Positions 61,669 to 64,000 of a stretch of 64,000 nt of DNA are shown here, in pieces. Numbering within the stretch: the first letter of the stretch is position 1; each line of letters starts with the position of its first letter. The stretch is from positions 558,001 through 622,000 of the forward strand of contig NEEC01000021.1 of assembly GCA_002189035.1 (NCBI GenBank), given 5' to 3'. The translations under genes and the position numbers were made by a program. The notes below the pieces were generated by a model. That model did not search any database. It worked only from the letters and a program-made list of their open reading frames with translations, and was not told where the DNA came from. The stretch is from Utricularia gibba (taxonomy: Eukaryota > Plantae > Magnoliophyta).

Positions 61669-63572
61669 TCATTGGCTGACGAGGTTCTTCAGCGCTGTGG
61701 ATGCTCGCTGCTCGAATTTCGGAAGCACCCATTCATGCTGAATGATGTCTAGGCTATCCTTCTCGGCTCCCAGGCTCTGAAGTGAAATCAACAAGTATCA
61801 TATTCAGTGATGAGAGCAGATGGCAACCCACAATTCTGTTGGGAGAATCATGCAGGGAATGGGATGCATGTTCAGTTAAGATGTAGTCCGAACACTTACC
61901 CGGGTTGGATCAAACCCGAATCCTCCGCTCATTTGCATCATACGCTGTGCATCATCAGTAGCTGAGGATAGCGGAAAAGATTATGTTGAACTTAAAAATA
62001 TGGAGGGTGGTGTGGTTAGTAGAAAAAAGAAGCTCACGAATCACATACCATTCTCCTCTCCAAGTATGAGGCTGAAAAGGCCCCTAAGGCCAAATAAATT
62101 GAGGAAATACCTGTTTGGCAACAAATGCAGCCCATTAAACACATTATGTTACTACAAATTTGTTAAAATGTATGGTTTCTATCGGATTCATTAGATGTAA
62201 AACAGTGGAGGATCTTTGACAAAAGAAATCAATCACGTCTGCAGACATTCATCATTATTTATTTATTTTTGAATGAGCAAGGAGATAATGATCTACTAAC
62301 GATCGAAAAAAATGCCTGTTGTGCAACAGGGAATGATATCTTAAACAGATTATGTTATTGAAAATCAAAAAATTGGTGCTTTCCATAGGATTCATGAGAT
62401 CTAAAACAGCAGCCAACTTTGGAAAAAAAAATGGCATATATGAAATCACGTGCATTGGCATTGGGAGTTATTTACTAGGAAGATAAAGGAGATACTAATT
62501 CACTAATGAATTGAAAAAAAATACCAGGATCGGCTGCTAACATAGCTGACATCGACCGCGCTCAAATCTATACCATTTTGCAGCATTGCCCTAAATCTCT
62601 GAGTGAGCGGAAATGGGATTTTTGCTGCAACATGAAAACATAAAGGAAATCAGGAAATTCACTAGTGGAAACTTACAAAGAAAAAAGAAAAAAAAAAAAA
62701 AAAAAAAACAGACCTGCGACAAAACCAGAAAAGAAAAAGTTGACCCAAGCAAAGGTGAGCGTCTGCAGGGACGGATAAAAAATTGAAGAACCGCGCTTTA
62801 TCTTATAAAAAAGATATAACTAATGCAGAGCCATGGTTTGCAGCAAATTACCTGTGGAATGATCATAGAAAGATTCTTCTTCATCATGTCCATAGCCATG
62901 TTCGGATCGGAAAACATCTGAGCCTGTGGATTCTGAGCCTGTCCCTTGGGTACATAAAGCAATCCATTCTCCTGCACTTCAAAAAGAGGAAGTTCTAATT
63001 CTAAAAACCAGTCCTAAAATCAACAAATCATAGGAACAAAAACAACAGATGCACAACCAAGTACGCAAACCATAGGAAACCAAAATTAATCCTCAAATAT
63101 TCCTCCAATCTTAAATTTCAGCAATCGCCATTCTTTTGATCAGAAGCATCGATGCCAGCATACAATTTCAGTTACAAGGAAAAAAGCTACAGTATTAGCT
63201 AATCCAGGAATTAAAGCAACAAAAGCTCCAAAACTGACCTCATTACTGTAATAAAACCTACGAGCACGAAACGACTTCGCCGGAATGAAATTGGCCGCGG
63301 CCCTAAGATTCCGCGCCCTAGTGATCACTTGCCTGAAATCCCAAAACATAAAACCAGTAAATGAAGAATTCAGAAGGATTCTAATCCAACATCAATCGGA
63401 AAAACCATAGAAGAAGGTACCCTTCTTTAACAACTTTGACGTCGGGATTTGGACTGGAGCGCATTAGCTTCGACACGTAATAACGTAGGATTCCGATGAG
63501 CACCATGACCACAGATAAGGGTATCAACACCCAGTCCCTGATCGCCGTATCCAACACCAAATCTTCCGCCAT
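61669..63572 (-). CDS. EMC3: ER membrane protein complex subunit 3
   Basis: MAEDLVLDTAIRDWVLIPLSVVMVLIGILRYYV, MFSDPNMAMDMMKKNLSMIIPQ|TLTFAWVNFFFSGFVA|AKIPFPLTQRFRAMLQNGIDL, YFLNLFGLRGLFSLILGEEN. Ends EWVLPKFEQRASTALKNLVSQ* (stop 61669-61671). Confidence 0.96.
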
Positions 63573-63639
63573 AGCTGAGCTGAGGGAGATCTCTTCTCCG
63601 ACGACTCTCCGATCTTCTCACTTTAGCCTTCGCTAGTGG

Positions 63640-63726
63640 AATTCCCTAAAGGCCCTAATAGCAATCAGAAGGAAAACGAGTGTCGCTTGGGCCTGTGAAG
63701 CCCAACAAGAAGCGAATACTGGCCCA
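63640..63726. promoter_or_regulatory. EMC3 proximal promoter with site II motifs
   Basis: tgggcctgtgaagccca (63688-63704) and tggccca (63720-63726), 70-150 bp upstream of the ATG. Confidence 0.55.
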
Positions 63727-64000
63727 AGACCATATAATTTCAAGTTTCTATTATTTAAAATAATATTTAGTGTAATAAAAAAACAAAAAATTGTATAAAA
63801 AATCATCAAAGTTTATTATTTTGACAACTTTAGTCCCTATTGTTTATAATAAATGGTAAAATTGGTTTCCAATTATACAATTCGTTCCCATTATTTTATT
63901 TAAAACGTAAAATTATTGCGACTCATTTACAAAAATAATCATCCTTTCATTTTCTCACACACACTTAAACAAACATTTTTAATTAAGGGTGGTTAATTTT

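Noticed and set aside
1-64000. tRNA, rRNA, CRISPR arrays and organellar insertions
   Set aside because: No cloverleaf or box A/B signatures, rRNA-like segments, spacer-repeat arrays or plastid/mitochondrial-like segments were recognised by eye. tRNAscan-SE, Infernal and BLAST would be decisive.

Overview
A gene-dense eudicot nuclear region with short introns and very AT-rich spacers. In order it holds: CUL4 (-) head-to-head with CPSF30 (+); a solo LTR; a WPP-domain-associated coiled-coil gene (-); a ~7 kb decayed Mutator-like element (MULE); a SEN1/senataxin-like helicase (-); IPGA1/CHUP1-like (-); a second solo LTR of the same family; TPT (+); an uncharacterised coiled-coil membrane protein (+); NFD6-like (+); a truncated OB-fold pseudogene (-); a near-intact 6.7 kb Ty3/gypsy CRM-type retrotransposon (-); ADA2 (-); and EMC3 (-). 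I found no tRNA, rRNA or CRISPR array, and nothing I can demonstrate to be a wholly new biological system. Five leads stand out. (1) Five apparent 1-nt deletions at short homopolymers break otherwise intact frames: three in the SEN1-like gene, one in ADA2 and one at the retroelement PPT. Assembly error is the likelier cause, but real null alleles are possible. (2) The CRM element is disabled by a single probable CGA>TGA, and its integrase tail runs into the LTR. (3) The OB-fold pseudogene keeps site II promoter motifs and now points antisense into an NFD6 3' region that has several alternative terminal micro-exons. (4) A ~210-nt intronic hairpin in TPT has a full C/D'/C'/D box layout on its antisense strand. 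(5) The MULE is inserted 25 nt after the SEN1-like stop codon. All alignments and counts were done by eye, and homologue comparisons are from memory of the families.
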